38,083 bases of DNA from a bacterium (GCA_031385045.1 JANNBC010000003.1:1-38083); one strand, 5' to 3'; shown: positions 1-9,447, counted from the first letter of the stretch. Numbers and translations are program-made. The notes: a model not told the origin generated them from the letters alone.

Positions 1-220
1 CAAGATTTCCAAATTTATCTAGAGCAAGCAAATCAAGGCGTTCCTGAGTGTCGTCAAAACCATCAAATTCTTTTTGTATAATCAATAAGTCTTCACCTAA
101 GACGTTAGGTTTTTTAGCAATCCATTCTTGTAAGTGCTCACGTTCCTTAAAATCTAAAGAAGAAAAAGATTTCTTTTCTAAAGGCTGAATCTCATTTGTG
201 GCTTTATTAATTCTATACAT
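1..220 (-). CDS. Putative PD-(D/E)XK nuclease, NucS-like/DUF4268-type N-terminal domain (runs off left edge)
   Basis: Not in ORF track. ATG at 220-218, purine-rich AAGGGAAAAA directly upstream, frame open to base 1: MYRINKATNEIQPLEKKSFSSLDFKEREHLQEWIAKKPNVLGEDLLIIQKEFDGFDDTQERLDLLALDKFGNL. ERxxLQEWI and RLDLLALD motifs recognised. Confidence 0.8.
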   Translation of the reverse strand, partial: MYRINKATNEIQPLEKKSFSSLDFKEREHLQEWIAKKPNVLGEDLLIIQKEFDGFDDTQERLDLLALDKFGNL

Positions 221-274
221 TTTTTCCCTTATCTAATCCGTTATGTAGTAGGTTAATTACCATAAGTTAATTAT

Positions 275-2161
275 TTACTTATTTTTATTTTTAATAAATT
301 CAAATATTTTGTGAGCTACTTCTTTGGCATCTGGACTTAAATCATCAAAGGTCAAAATCGTTTTAATAGCCTTGGTTGCGAAATTGACTTTATCTTTAAT
401 TGTCCCAGACTCACCAGAGTAAGATTTTTTATTTTTACTAGGTAAAATATTTTTTTCGATAAAAGTACCAAGATACTCACTTCGATAATCCTCTTGTTTG
501 AAATCTTTAAGTTTAACCTCCTCACCTTCAGAATATTTAATAATTTCAATTAAGGTTTTAGGAGTTAAAAGATTTTCAACCTCGCGACACTTAAGTTGAA
601 AAAAGTTTTTCTTTAAAAACTTCTTAATTTTAGTTGTTCTCTTTTTCTTAGTTCCATTATCGTTATCAGCAATCAAAAATAGTTCACCACATAATCTTTC
701 GACATCTATCGTATCATGTGCCGAATAATCATCTAGGAATGACCAATGAGTAATATTAGACCCACCATATTCAACAAATGAAAAATGACGGTCTACTTGA
801 AATTGTTCATTTTTACCCTTGGTCTTAAGCAATAAATTTAAAAAATGTTGAAAATACAACCTATCAGTTATTCCCTCTACCCAAATTGTACAGTTTGATA
901 ACATTACAGAGGAATTCTTAATCCCAAGCTCACGTAACAAATTGAAATCTTTATTTGAAACTCTAGAAATCATTATGGAGGAATCACAATCTTCCTCATG
1001 CTCACTAAGATTTTTCTTTACCTTAAAAACACTTACATCATCACTCTCTAAAGTAATATCTAAAAATTGCGGGGAATGAGTTACTACAAAAACATTTGCA
1101 TTTTCATAATTTGATATTGATTTAATGAATAAATTTTGTAATCCAGGGTGACAAAATAACTCAGGCTCTTCAATAAATAAGAATAACGGTTGTTCTTTAA
1201 AAATAATTAACGGAAAAGTAAGAATTATTATTTGAGCTATCCCATCACCAAGTTGGTAAATCGGACGTTCCTTTTCCTTACCAATCTTAATATATATTAT
1301 TTTATCTTTGTTATGTGGGATTAATGTAATATCTTGACCATCAAAAAAACTTGCCCCAAGGAACTTTTCAAACTCTTGGATTTTTAGACGCTTCTTTCTC
1401 TCTCCTAGCAAATAGTCTTTAAGACCATCATATACTGTGAGACCTGTAAAAATTTCGTTTCTAATAATATTATCATTATCTGGTTGGTCAAAGGAACGTT
1501 TCAACGACGCTCTTAAATCTCCTTTATCTATATTTATAAAATAATTTTGCTTAATTCTTTCATAGAAACTATCTGAATCTCCACTTGCTAGATTTAAAGA
1601 CCGCAATGTAGGGATATAAACAAATTTAGGTTGCTTAAAATTTTTTGCTTTTAGCTCTATTTCTACTTTTAGGTCATTAAGCTCTCTAATTATTTCTTTC
1701 AAATTTTGATAACTTAATTGTGTTTCATTACCAAGTTGCTGAAAAGCCTTAACCACTCCATTTTGATGAAATAAGGTTATATAATTTTTCAGTTGCTCCC
1801 AAGGGTTTTCCTCTAAATTTGGCTTTTCAGGTACCTGAATTGAATTAGAATATTCTCTCATTTCCTTAAGGCGAGTATTATGAGGGTCATTTTCCAATAA
1901 TTTTGATACTTCAGCTAACAATCGTTCTTTGATTGAGTGAGCTGTTTGAAATAAATTATCAACAGCGTCATATTTAAAATTTTTCTGAGAAAATATGTCT
2001 CTTAAAAAGCGACTCTTACCTGAATTATTAACTCCTATAAACACATTTAATCGATTTATATTGGAAAGCATCCTTTCGGATATACCAGTTGAATCATCAA
2101 CAAATCTCTCGGTTTTATAAATATCTAGATGTGTACTTGGTAAATATATATTTTTAATCAT
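275..2161 (-). CDS. OLD-family ATP-dependent nuclease (ABC-type ATPase + TOPRIM), probable defence gene
   Basis: Walker A GVNNSGKS, signature-like LGDG, Walker B FIEEPE, H-loop THSP, TOPRIM WVEGITD and DND. Confidence 0.85.
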   Translation of the reverse strand: MIKNIYLPSTHLDIYKTERFVDDSTGISERMLSNINRLNVFIGVNNSGKSRFLRDIFSQKNFKYDAVDNLFQTAHSIKERLLAEVSKLLENDPHNTRLKEMREYSNSIQVPEKPNLEENPWEQLKNYITLFHQNGVVKAFQQLGNETQLSYQNLKEIIRELNDLKVEIELKAKNFKQPKFVYIPTLRSLNLASGDSDSFYERIKQNYFINIDKGDLRASLKRSFDQPDNDNIIRNEIFTGLTVYDGLKDYLLGERKKRLKIQEFEKFLGASFFDGQDITLIPHNKDKIIYIKIGKEKERPIYQLGDGIAQIIILTFPLIIFKEQPLFLFIEEPELFCHPGLQNLFIKSISNYENANVFVVTHSPQFLDITLESDDVSVFKVKKNLSEHEEDCDSSIMISRVSNKDFNLLRELGIKNSSVMLSNCTIWVEGITDRLYFQHFLNLLLKTKGKNEQFQVDRHFSFVEYGGSNITHWSFLDDYSAHDTIDVERLCGELFLIADNDNGTKKKRTTKIKKFLKKNFFQLKCREVENLLTPKTLIEIIKYSEGEEVKLKDFKQEDYRSEYLGTFIEKNILPSKNKKSYSGESGTIKDKVNFATKAIKTILTFDDLSPDAKEVAHKIFEFIKNKNK

Positions 2162-2207
2162 TTGATTTTGTTATAGCATTTTATTGTCTAAAGTCTCTGT
2201 TCTAAAA

Positions 2208-2227
2208 TTTGTTCCATTTTTGTTCCA
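2208..2227 (+). repeat. Tandem TTTGTTCCA direct repeats, candidate integrase arm-type sites
   Basis: TTTGTTCCA at 2208-2216 and 2219-2227, degenerate TGTTCTA just upstream, about 100 bp from the att core. Confidence 0.5.
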
Positions 2228-2292
2228 ACGCCTTCAAAAAGCATCAATAAACTACCAATTACATAAACAGCTAAGTCATGAATATTGCTAAC

Positions 2293-2305
2293 TAACCTAT
2301 TGATA
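2293..2305 (-). promoter_or_regulatory. IHF binding site consensus next to att core
   Basis: Minus strand TATCAATAGGTTA matches WATCAANNNNTTR exactly. Confidence 0.6.
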
Positions 2306-2320
2306 TTATTAACTATTCTA

Positions 2321-2373
2321 GGATTCAAAATCCGGTATCCTTGGATGTGCGAGTTCGATTCTCGCCTCCGGTA
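2321..2373 (+). mobile_element. att site: 3' fragment of tRNA-Leu(CAA) marking the right boundary of an integrated element
   Basis: GGA-TTCAAAA-TCCGG partial anticodon arm (CAA), long variable arm, T-arm GCGAG-TTCGATT-CTCGC, acceptor 3' strand CTCCGGT-A. No 5' acceptor strand or D-arm upstream. Confidence 0.85.
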
Positions 2374-2544
2374 TGATTTGCCAACTGGCAAATCACCTCG
2401 TCGTAGCCTTGGCGAAGACGGGTTGCCAACTGGCAAATCATCCGCCGTAGCTTTAGCGAAGGTGGAAGCGTAGGTGGATTGCTTAGAAATAACATATTTT
2501 ATTTGCCCACTGGCAAATCACCGCGTCGTAGCCCTAAAGACGGA
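2374..2544. repeat. Cluster of alternating palindromic REP-like repeats (three A+B units)
   Basis: A = TTGCC(A/C)ACTGGCAAATCA within 2374-2395, 2423-2440, 2501-2520. B = CGTAGC-containing hairpin at 2396-2422, 2441-2466, 2521-2544. Confidence 0.8.
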
Positions 2545-2811
2545 TTACCTGTAAATTCATCTCTGAATAATCTAATCCAAATAGAATCGAACTCTCTATA
2601 AACACGAATGTACTCCAATACTATTTAAGTAATCTCCATCGAACTAACTGACTTGAAATTATTATGCTGAAAATTTTGAAATTCGAATTGTCGCATTAAG
2701 CAAATAGTGTTATAAATTCTTTTCAATTATTATTTTATCATTTTTTAAATGCAATAAACTTAAGAGGTTAGCTCCTGATAGTTTTCTAAATAAATCTTCA
2801 AATTATCAACA

Positions 2812-3765
2812 GTGATTCAGAAAAAAGAAGCATTCACCAAGTCTTTTCAGCTAATTAAGTATTTTATTACAAGTGAACGCCAGTTAGTTTTAAAAATCAT
2901 TCAAGGCGTTCTGATTTCCAATTTATTTTTAGTTACAATTCCTTTTTTTATTCAATTTTTGGTCGGGCACTATTTAAACCTTAATTTAAATAGTCCTGTG
3001 GTCTTAATATCATTACTCATTTTTATTCTCTTAAGCTGCGCATACTTGATGGTTGTGCTAAATTATTATTTTGCAGAATTAATCTGTCGGCGGATATTTA
3101 TTAATAATTTTCATAAAATCTTATCTTATCTAGTTAAAACTGATCAGCCAGTACATCATGATACTCAATATTCACGTTTCTTAGAGATTGTCCCTTCTGC
3201 CGATAATCTTGTAAATCTGATATACCAATTAAGCCATACCGTTATTGTAATGTTTTTTGGTATGTTAATTATTGTTTCTTATCATCCCTATTTTTTATTT
3301 TACGCCCTAACTCTCTTACTGTTAATTTCCATAATTTTTATCTTTTTGTTTCCGCATGCTTTGGCACTCAAGAGCCATCTATCCGATTTAAAATATCGAA
3401 TTGCCGGAAAAATTATGATCTTTGCGAAAGATAATAAATCCATCAAGGAATCTCCGGAAAAAGCTGAAGTTTATTTTCGTCGCATGTCAGCTAGTTACCT
3501 TCGAACAAGCTCGAAATATTTTCAAATTATAATGATTAAGAATATTTTTATTGCTATTTTGATTCCTATCGCACAAGCACTATTTGTTTACATTAGTGCT
3601 AAGCTAATCTTCGCTGGAACACTTTCTCTAGGTCAATTTGTGTCTGCCGAGCTTGTGCTCACTTACATTCTAGCAAGTATTCATAATTTAATTATAAACT
3701 TAGATAAAGTGATTAGTGTGATTATTTCTTTTGAAAAAGTTCACTCAATAATTGAGACAAAGTAG
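2812..3765 (+). CDS. ABC exporter transmembrane domain only (no nucleotide-binding domain)
   Basis: Multiple hydrophobic helices, YHPYF and LSLGQFVSAEL motifs typical of T1SS-type ABC TMDs, no Walker A/B. GTG start is uncertain. Confidence 0.75.
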   Translation: MIQKKEAFTKSFQLIKYFITSERQLVLKIIQGVLISNLFLVTIPFFIQFLVGHYLNLNLNSPVVLISLLIFILLSCAYLMVVLNYYFAELICRRIFINNFHKILSYLVKTDQPVHHDTQYSRFLEIVPSADNLVNLIYQLSHTVIVMFFGMLIIVSYHPYFLFYALTLLLLISIIFIFLFPHALALKSHLSDLKYRIAGKIMIFAKDNKSIKESPEKAEVYFRRMSASYLRTSSKYFQIIMIKNIFIAILIPIAQALFVYISAKLIFAGTLSLGQFVSAELVLTYILASIHNLIINLDKVISVIISFEKVHSIIETK

Positions 3766-3771
3766 AATGTT

Positions 3772-4767
3772 ATGAAACTTTATCATGAATTAGTTAGGCC
3801 TAAGAATCTAAATAAATATTTAGTAACCTCTCCTTTCTGTCTTCGTCTCGTAATAACTTTTAGGTTTTTTTTACTGATAGTTTCATTGGTGTTTTTATTT
3901 GCCAAATGGGTTCCCGCTGTCAGCGGAAATGGACGAATTGTGGCATTTAACCCTAATGATCGTAGGCAAATGATTGAAGCGCCAATTGAAGGTCGAATTA
4001 AAAAATGGTTTGTTCAAGAAGGTTCCAAAGTCAAATCTGGAGATCTAATCGCCAAAATGATCGATATTGATCCGTTACGTTTTGAGCGCTTAAATATCAA
4101 ACTTCAATCTTTAAATGATAAATTGAATGTTCTTCAGAAACAGAAAGAGCACAATAATCTTCATGTCGAAAGGATGAATAAACTTTTTTCTAAAGGTATT
4201 GAGTCAAAGAGAAGCTTGGAGTTGGCTGAGATTGAATCTTTTAAAGTTAGCGCTGAGATTAATAAGTTGGAAGTTGAAATTCAGGATCTTAAGTCAGAGA
4301 TTTCTAGACAGGCTAGTCAGGATGTCTTTGCTCCAATCGATGGTTCAATTATGAAAATTCTTGCGATTGAAAATAGTAGCTTCGTAGAATCTGGTGATTT
4401 TATTGCAAAAATTATTCCCTCTAATATCGACTTGGCCGTTGAGTTAATTATTCGTGGCAAAGATTTGGCATTACTTCGAAATGGTCAACAAGTTAGGCTG
4501 GCATTTGAAGGTTGGCCAGCTGTTCAAATTATTGGTTGGCCAGCAATTACAGTTGGAACTTTTCCAGGTGAGATTAAAGTTATTGATGCTGGTGACAATG
4601 GAGATGGAAACTTTCGTGTTTTAATTACAGCAAATTCTAACTCACCATGGCCAACTCAAGTGATAAGAATGGGGACTAAGGTTAAAGGCTGGGTTCAAAT
4701 GAAAAGAGTTCCCGTATGGTGGGAGATTTGGCGCTTAGTTAGTGGTATACCGCCAACAACAGTTTAG
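3772..4767 (+). CDS. HlyD-family membrane fusion protein
   Basis: N-terminal TM helix, IEAPIEGRIKKWFVQEGSKVKSGD and VFAPIDG lipoyl half-motifs flanking a coiled coil, FEGWPA motif. Confidence 0.9.
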   Translation: MKLYHELVRPKNLNKYLVTSPFCLRLVITFRFFLLIVSLVFLFAKWVPAVSGNGRIVAFNPNDRRQMIEAPIEGRIKKWFVQEGSKVKSGDLIAKMIDIDPLRFERLNIKLQSLNDKLNVLQKQKEHNNLHVERMNKLFSKGIESKRSLELAEIESFKVSAEINKLEVEIQDLKSEISRQASQDVFAPIDGSIMKILAIENSSFVESGDFIAKIIPSNIDLAVELIIRGKDLALLRNGQQVRLAFEGWPAVQIIGWPAITVGTFPGEIKVIDAGDNGDGNFRVLITANSNSPWPTQVIRMGTKVKGWVQMKRVPVWWEIWRLVSGIPPTTV

Positions 4768-4784
4768 TTTATAATTATAATTAA

Positions 4785-6209
4785 GTGTTCCATCGATTTT
4801 TACCATTTATTATTTTATTTAATGTAACATTGCTGTCCGCAGAATGTAATCAGATAACGTCAACTCAATTGATCCGTTTGGTAGATAGTATTGCTGATAA
4901 CTTTCCTACAGTTCAGCAAGCAAGAAATCAAGTCAATATTGCCGAATTAGAACTTGAGAAATCGCAGGCTCCTTTCGATCCGATCTTTAGTTATCACTCA
5001 AAAAATTATACACAAGGTTACTATAGTGGACTTGCTAATCAAGTTGGAATAATCAAGAAGAATCGACTTCTTGGATCAACTTTTGATTTTGGATATAGGG
5101 ATGGATCCGGAAGATTTCCAATTTATGAAGATCAATCACAGACTTCCAACAGTGGTGAATTCTTTACAGGTATCACCATCCCAATTTTAAGGAATATGAG
5201 AATTGACGAGCCTCGTTTCCAGGTTAAACAGAGAGAAATTGATTTGAAAATAAGTGATTTAAATATTTTTACCATTCAAAATAATACCCGTTCAGATCTT
5301 TTACAATCATTTCATGAATTAATTTTGGCTAAAATGAATCGTGAGGCGCTGAATTTAATTCTAGATAATTTAGAAAAGCAACGCGATTTTTCTAGAGAGC
5401 GAATAGAAACAGGACTATCTGCCCAAAACGATCTATTTGAGTTTGACCGCTTTATATATCAAAATCAATCTTTGATTGCCGAACAAGATAATCATGTTGC
5501 AAAAAATATTAATTATCTCAGCACACTTTACTTAGACTCAGTATCAGAAGATTTAACATTTTGCCAGATTCCTGGCGTGACTCGTGATTTGCCAAAAGAG
5601 TTGCCAAATTTAAAAGAGCTAACAGTCCGTGCTTTTAAAAATCGGCCTGATTTACAGATTGTAGAGCAACAATTAGAGTTAGCAAACCTTACTTTAGACT
5701 TTCATCAAAATCAATCTTTGCCAGAATTAAATCTTCGAGCAGAATATTCTAGTGGTCTTGGCTCAGGAGACTCAGAGGATACACAGGAAACCGTAAAAAG
5801 TTTGCTACAGTTTAATTATCCATTATTTAATCGTTCTGCCAGTAGCTCAGTTGAGATGACAGAACTAAAAGTTAAAAATATCGAGCTAAATTTAGAATTG
5901 CTAAAGAAACAGTTGTCGACTTCTTTATTTAGTTTTCGTCAGGATATTTTAACATTAGAAAAACAACTTAAATTAATTGAAAGTGAAGTTGATATCGTAA
6001 ATAAGCTGTTAAATGCCGACTATCTTACTTATAATTCTGGTAATTTAGACCTTTTTCAAATAAATCAAAGATATAACATTTTGGTTAATTTAGAAGTTGA
6101 GAAAAACGCCCTTTATATGAAATATTTTCAAACATTAGTTAACCTTGCACTATTTACTAACGATCCAAGGATCTTAAAAAACATTTATCAACAAATGCTC
6201 CGCTCATAG
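4785..6209 (+). CDS. TolC-family outer membrane efflux protein
   Basis: Signal peptide, helical repeats, AFKNRPDL and LPELNL...YPLFNR motifs, operonic with HlyD. Confidence 0.88.
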   Translation: MFHRFLPFIILFNVTLLSAECNQITSTQLIRLVDSIADNFPTVQQARNQVNIAELELEKSQAPFDPIFSYHSKNYTQGYYSGLANQVGIIKKNRLLGSTFDFGYRDGSGRFPIYEDQSQTSNSGEFFTGITIPILRNMRIDEPRFQVKQREIDLKISDLNIFTIQNNTRSDLLQSFHELILAKMNREALNLILDNLEKQRDFSRERIETGLSAQNDLFEFDRFIYQNQSLIAEQDNHVAKNINYLSTLYLDSVSEDLTFCQIPGVTRDLPKELPNLKELTVRAFKNRPDLQIVEQQLELANLTLDFHQNQSLPELNLRAEYSSGLGSGDSEDTQETVKSLLQFNYPLFNRSASSSVEMTELKVKNIELNLELLKKQLSTSLFSFRQDILTLEKQLKLIESEVDIVNKLLNADYLTYNSGNLDLFQINQRYNILVNLEVEKNALYMKYFQTLVNLALFTNDPRILKNIYQQMLRS

Positions 6210-6583
6210 CCCCGCTATCACCATAGAGTTAAATTACAATGATTATTGAATAGGTCTGACCTGCCTGAATAGCACCAGTTAAAATGATAAACTATTCTGG
6301 GGGAACTATAAAAAGCGATATAAGAAAGAACACATTGTAAAAATCTTATAAGAAGTGGAGCAAAGGTGCAGTTCCAAGGATACCTAACGACAGTACAATT
6401 TAACAGAACCACCCTTTTACCGTTTGCTACAAGTCTACTTAGGCATAGAGTAAATGATCTTAGTTAGCTTAAAAACCTAAAACTAGAAAAGGTGGATTAT
6501 TCAGAAATAATATAATCTATTTGCTAACTGGAATCCCAGTGTGAAAATCCCAGCGTGAGCCCCTCGGAGTAGCCTGACACCTT

Positions 6584-7009
6584 TTATAACAACTCGTACC
6601 TCAACTCATCTCCAAACCGAGCATAGTCAGAATCATAAGTAACCCAAGTACAACCATGTTCGATTGCTAGCGACGCATGATAAGCATCCGCCACTAATTT
6701 CCCTGTCAACTGATATTTACTAACTAAATCAGAAAAGATCCCCCAATGCTCTTGCCCAGGATGAATTAATTGGACATTAGGCAATTGAATTATATTATCA
6801 ACAAAACTTAATGACTGATTAACTGTCGTTGCAGGTTTGAAGATTTTTGAGTTTGTGACGATACGAAGAAATACACTTAAAACCAACTCTGATACAGCAA
6901 ACTTGGAAACAGATTCTGCCTGATTTATTAACCATCTTCCAGCACGTGAATGCTCTGGAAATTCTTCACGATGTGCATAAATATAGATATTAACATCAGC
7001 TAAATACAT
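6584..7009 (-). CDS. vapC: VapC-family PIN-domain toxin
   Basis: DVNIYIYA, DAYHASLA, TYDSDY acidic PIN motifs, 141 aa. Confidence 0.9.
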   Translation of the reverse strand: MYLADVNIYIYAHREEFPEHSRAGRWLINQAESVSKFAVSELVLSVFLRIVTNSKIFKPATTVNQSLSFVDNIIQLPNVQLIHPGQEHWGIFSDLVSKYQLTGKLVADAYHASLAIEHGCTWVTYDSDYARFGDELRYELL

Positions 7010-7011
7010 AT

Positions 7012-7260
7012 TTATTTTTTATAAACTTCCTTATCATCAATCGTTAATATTCCATTCGGGCGATCAAAATCGATAGCGGGATCAATAAGCTCACCCTTAA
7101 CTGTAATTAATTTAAATTTATTTTTTTTAATACTTTTAGTTGGTGCACTATTCATCAAAATTAATCCTTCTACATACTTACTAAGAGTCATGCTCTGCTC
7201 CTTAGCTTGAATTTTAAGCTTCTTCAGTAATCGCTCATTAAAATCAATTGTTGTTCTCAT
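7012..7260 (-). CDS. vapB: VapB-type ribbon-helix-helix antitoxin
   Basis: MRTTIDF RHH start, 82 aa, ends 2 nt before the PIN toxin. Confidence 0.85.
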   Translation of the reverse strand: MRTTIDFNERLLKKLKIQAKEQSMTLSKYVEGLILMNSAPTKSIKKNKFKLITVKGELIDPAIDFDRPNGILTIDDKEVYKK

Positions 7261-7495
7261 GATATAATTTTTTCATAATCACTATATCTCATCAACTCAT
7301 TTTAATTGATGCGAATACATCAAAACTCCTATCTCAGCATAAGTCTATATTTTTACTTAAGAAATAAGATTTATTGGATTATCTGTAAAAAATGGAATGC
7401 TGCCTTAAAAAAAGTCTAAGCTATTAATTTCCCCAAATAAGATGCTTAACAACCAGAAATAGTGTAAATCAAAATCCTTCTTCTAGAATTACTAT

Positions 7496-9403
7496 ATGCC
7501 AAATCGTAAAAACCATTTTCAGCACTGTCCATTATTATCATCGGCATCAATCCCCACTTCAAGAGCAAATCTAAGATTTAAAGTACAGCAAAGTACCCTA
7601 AACCCAATGAAAGGGACGACTCTTTACCTAGATCGTTCTGAAAAAGAAGAGAGCAAAACCTCAAGTCTTGTTGACACAAAAAAAGAGCTCCAAAAATTGA
7701 ATCGAATAATTCAAAAAATCAAAAAAGGGTTAACCGAAGACAGCTCCACAGATGAAATGGCCGATCTATTAAAGATGATTTTTGATGAGAATTTAGATTT
7801 AAATAGTAAATACGGAATCGCCGGCAAGGTTGCTAAAAAAATTGAAAGTGGCATGACCTGTGCTGAAGCTTTTCACACGACAGATCATGCCCTACGAGAG
7901 AAATATAAACAAAATTCAATGATTGCTCCCGGGTTTATCGATCTATTAAATGCTTTTGATGTCGCGCTAAATGAACTTGCTGGTTCGAAAACTATTAATC
8001 AAATTTTAAGCAAAGCAAAAGGGCCAACTATTATCTGTACCGAAAAAGTTATTCCGGCTGATTTTGAAGCAATTAGAAAACATAATAAAAAACATCCTGA
8101 AAAAAAAGTAATTGGTTTTGTCAGAAGAGATGGAACACTAAATGATCATATTGATACACTTTGTCGGCAAAACAAACTGAATTCAGTCTTAATGAAAGAT
8201 CCCCATTTTATTTTTTCAAAAGTAAAAGATCATTCCCTTGCACTAGTTTTATCGGAAGAAGGACAAGGGGAAGGAAGAGATTTAATTTTTAATCCTGAAG
8301 AATCTATTATCAAACAAGCCGAAGAAGAAATTGAACTATCTAAATATTTAAATCGAGGTATCCCTGTTAATCTCCACTCTCCAATTACCAAATGTGGGGA
8401 AAAGATTATCCTAACATATGCCTGTAGCGACTTAGAACAAACTCATCCTGAAAATGAAAAATTGGATGTAGGGTTACTCCGTACAGAGCTTTTATTTAAT
8501 AGCCAAGGTGAGATGCTGACGGAAGATCAGCTTTATGAATTATATAAAAAGTTTATTGGTCAAAAATCTCCGGGAACAGTTACCATTCGAATGCCTGATT
8601 TTGTTGGCGATAAAGTTCCAGATGTAGCGGCATTGCAAGATTTAGTAACATCCAAGGATGGTGAGGTGCTATCTGGCAGTATGATTCTTTTAGAAAATCC
8701 CGATCTACTCTTTCGTCCTCATGTTCGTGCAGTGCTTCGTGCTGCAGCGGAGATGGGCAATGCTCGAATCCTCTTCCCACAAGTTACAAACCACCAAAAC
8801 GCTCAGGAACTAATCGACTTTGTCGTGAGTGAAAAGAAAGCTTTAGGAATAGCAGAGCTTGGGCACATTGACATCGGAATGATGATTGAATTTGTAAGGA
8901 CTGCCAGCGACATTGAAAAAATTGTAGCATTACCTGGTGTTAACTTCCTCTCAATTGGTAGCAATGACTTAACCAGCGATATCTTAGGAATTAATCGCTA
9001 TGATCAATCTTCGCATAATAACGAATACTCCATGTGTCATTACGATGTCATTAGAGCACTCGATACATTAATGCAAAAAATTTCGGAACTAAACGATCTG
9101 CGCCCTGCTAAAAAGGGGCTAATTGATATTTCAATCTGTGGAAACATGCCTTCCAATCCCCAATTTATTCCAATCCTCATTGGTTTAGGGCTTCGGAAAT
9201 TTTGTGTGGAAAGTGGTGTTGAGCTAGTGAATAAGATGGTGGCGATGCTTGATGTTAAGGAATGTGAAGCATTGGTTCAAGAGATTCTTCACCACCGCAT
9301 GCAACCAGGAGAAGGTATTTATAAAGACTTTTTACTGCCGTTCTTAGAAAAGCTTACTTTACCAGAACACTTAAAGCGCTACCTTGCAGAATCAGAAGCC
9401 TAG
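7496..9403 (+). CDS. Divergent phosphoenolpyruvate-protein phosphotransferase (PTS enzyme I-like)
   Basis: GLLRTELLF, VTIRMPDFVGDK, GMMIE, SIGSNDLT and ICGNM motifs. His at the phospho-His position in GTLNDHID. Confidence 0.8.
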   Translation: MPNRKNHFQHCPLLSSASIPTSRANLRFKVQQSTLNPMKGTTLYLDRSEKEESKTSSLVDTKKELQKLNRIIQKIKKGLTEDSSTDEMADLLKMIFDENLDLNSKYGIAGKVAKKIESGMTCAEAFHTTDHALREKYKQNSMIAPGFIDLLNAFDVALNELAGSKTINQILSKAKGPTIICTEKVIPADFEAIRKHNKKHPEKKVIGFVRRDGTLNDHIDTLCRQNKLNSVLMKDPHFIFSKVKDHSLALVLSEEGQGEGRDLIFNPEESIIKQAEEEIELSKYLNRGIPVNLHSPITKCGEKIILTYACSDLEQTHPENEKLDVGLLRTELLFNSQGEMLTEDQLYELYKKFIGQKSPGTVTIRMPDFVGDKVPDVAALQDLVTSKDGEVLSGSMILLENPDLLFRPHVRAVLRAAAEMGNARILFPQVTNHQNAQELIDFVVSEKKALGIAELGHIDIGMMIEFVRTASDIEKIVALPGVNFLSIGSNDLTSDILGINRYDQSSHNNEYSMCHYDVIRALDTLMQKISELNDLRPAKKGLIDISICGNMPSNPQFIPILIGLGLRKFCVESGVELVNKMVAMLDVKECEALVQEILHHRMQPGEGIYKDFLLPFLEKLTLPEHLKRYLAESEA

Positions 9404-9447
9404 AAATTATCTACTACTTCATCAATAATTCGAACTCAATTATCATC

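Noticed and set aside
2290..2373. Intact tRNA-Leu gene
   Set aside because: The 5' acceptor strand and D-arm are missing, so it is reported as an att fragment.
2188..2473. ORFs 2188-2436 (-) and 2285-2473 (+)
   Set aside because: They are translations of the tRNA fragment and palindromic repeats.
2374..2544. Repeat cluster as a CRISPR array
   Set aside because: Intervening sequences are homologous to each other, spacing is irregular, there are only three units and no cas genes in the window.
6205..6450. ORF 6218-6412 (-), and an alternative minus frame with hydrophobic pieces (LGILGTAPLL, FIILTGAIQAGQ) faintly like a membrane antiporter-type subunit remnant
   Set aside because: No RBS or motif for the ORF. 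The alternative frame has several stops and the resemblance is too weak without a translated search.
7499..7512. 14-nt match CCAAATCGTAAAAA between the enzyme I 5' end and the IS4-like frame at the right edge
   Set aside because: Short, A-rich and with no flanking similarity, so compatible with chance.
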